A DNA stretch of 64,000 nucleotides from Lama guanicoe (lineage: Eukaryota): the NCBI GenBank assembly GCA_013239625.1, contig MU055574.1, positions 26,197,373 through 26,261,372 on the forward strand. The letters run 5' to 3'. Of the stretch, positions 62,469-64,000 are shown one piece after another. A program made the position numbers and the translations under genes. The first letter of the stretch is position 1, and every line of letters begins with the position of its first letter. The notes under the pieces are model-generated. The model did no database searches. It had not been told where the DNA came from and saw only the letters and a program-made list of their open reading frames with translations.

Positions 62469-64000
62469 CTATGGAAGTTGTAAATAAATAGACATTAGTG
62501 AGCCTCTGGGATGCAGGCAGCTGGAAAACAGCCCATGGGACGCACACACCCGGGTCGTGGGAGTCAGAGGAGGACGCGGGAGCCCCCGCGGGGCCTCCCA
62601 GTGGGGGTCTGGGCTGCGTCTGGACCCAGGCATCACGGGCGCAGGGAGCGGGAAGCGGTTTGTAAGGGACCCATGAGGACAGATCTGGTGAGCGGTGAAC
62701 AAAGATGAGTCCGATTCCAGACCCAGGACTCAGGCTTCCTTCCGTCAGAAAACCAGAACTCTGAGGTTTGCAGCAAGGAAACCACGCAGCAGACCCGGGC
62801 CTGGGAAGTGCGTGGTACTGGGCCGTGGATGCGTGCGTCTGGCGGGAGGAGGGTCTGGGCGAGGGTGGATGGGGACACAACCCAGACAGCCCCTGAGGGG
62901 GGATTCAGTAGGAAAGCAGGACCAGGTGCTCCTGGATGTGGACTGAGGGCGACCCCACATCAGCAGAGCATGAGCTGAAGGTCGCAGGTCAGGACCACCC
63001 ATCTGGGAAGGGTGCGCGGGGGGAGTGGAGGACTGAGTTCGGAGGTGCTGGGGTCGCGATGCTGCTTGGCTGCAGGACTGGGGATCAGAGGCAGGGCCCG
63101 GCGGGACAGGTGGGGACTTGGTGGCGGTGACAGGGCGGGGCATTTCCAGGAGAGTCTGGGAATCCGAGGTGGAGCTGGGGCCAAACGGAGGGTCAGGAGC
63201 TGGAGGAGGAGGGGGTGGGGAGCGAGGGAGGGAGGGAGGCGGGCACGGTACTCTGGGCACCCACTGTGGCCGTGAGGCTGGGGCTTCGCTTCATCCTTCT
63301 AGTCCCACGTGAGGATGTCCGTCTGACCTGGGGAGCTCAGGCCTTGAGAGACAGGAGGGCCGGCCTGGTGTGCCGGCATCGTGTGTCTGGGGCGATGGTC
63401 TCCAGACCTCAGAGCGCGGGTCACGTCCAGGGCTGGGAGGGCAGCATCCCCGCCAGGGCCTCCGTCCTCCCCGCGGGGCAGGGTTTGCGTTTCTCCCCGA
63501 GCCTGGAGAAGGCCTGGGAGATCGCGGGCCAACCGACTTGGGGGACGTGCGCATCTCGACAGTCTGGTCAGCTGGCCACGTGCCAGCCTCTAGCTGATGG
63601 ACGGGCAGTGAGGGCACAGGCGGCAGAAGGGGTGTAGGGCAGGCGGCCCAGGGCGCGGCCGGGCTGAGAGTGCTTGGGAGGTCACCTGCCCTGTCCCTCC
63701 TCCCTTCCCTGCGGAGTCCTCCCATCAGGGCCCCAGCCCACTCTGCACTGCCCCCCGCCCCATGGATCCCTCCCACTCCCGGTCCCTTGCCCTGGCCTGG
63801 TCAACCACCACCACACCTGCCTGAGCCCTTTGCTGATTGTCTGTGTGTCTGTCTGTGGCGACGCCAGGGCGTGACCCCTGCACAGGCTCGCCTGGCCTCT
63901 GCACCCTGCCTCCCGCCCATGGGCTTCTCTTGAGGGGCAGCCCTCCTGAACAACGCAGGGAGCTCGGCTCGGACTCAGATGCCGCCTCCCCAGAGTCAGG

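Larger units (their letters stand above)
25559..62760 (-). pseudogene. Large decayed multi-exon gene of unknown identity (unitary pseudogene candidate), probably extending beyond the right edge
   Basis: About 30 colinear same-strand blocks with AG/GT(GC) ends, many phase-matched junctions, protein-like translations, and scattered stops and frameshifts. Most blocks are more AT-rich than their flanks. Confidence 0.7.

Noticed and set aside
25559-64000. Identification of the upstream gene as DACT2, KIF25, TCP10 or a GREB1-like gene
   Set aside because: None of their characteristic motifs, as I recall them, appears in the reconstructed peptides.

Overview
GC- and CpG-rich mammalian (eutherian) genomic DNA. 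It is probably camelid: the young L1 3' ends look camelid-type and I see no ruminant, suid or cetacean SINEs (inference). Bases 183-23.3k hold the 5' half of FRMD1 on the minus strand: four coding exons with canonical splice sites and consistent phases, plus a probable CpG-island first exon made of a telomere-like hexamer array. The main unexplained signal runs from about 25.5 kb to at least 62.8 kb. It is a long colinear series of about 30 minus-strand exon-like blocks with AG/GT boundaries, many phase-compatible junctions and protein-like translations broken by stops, frameshifts and an L1 insertion. This looks like a large decayed multi-exon gene (unitary pseudogene candidate) whose product I cannot name. 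Its last visible exon is stop-free and could splice in frame onto FRMD1. Also present are a perfect 431-bp tandem duplication, two sister solo LTRs, an inverted MLT1 pair, a CTCF site beside an intragenic CpG island, and many old L1/L2/MIR/MER/MLT repeats. Most entries in the supplied ORF track are GC-rich noise. Repeat family names are by recognition, not database search.
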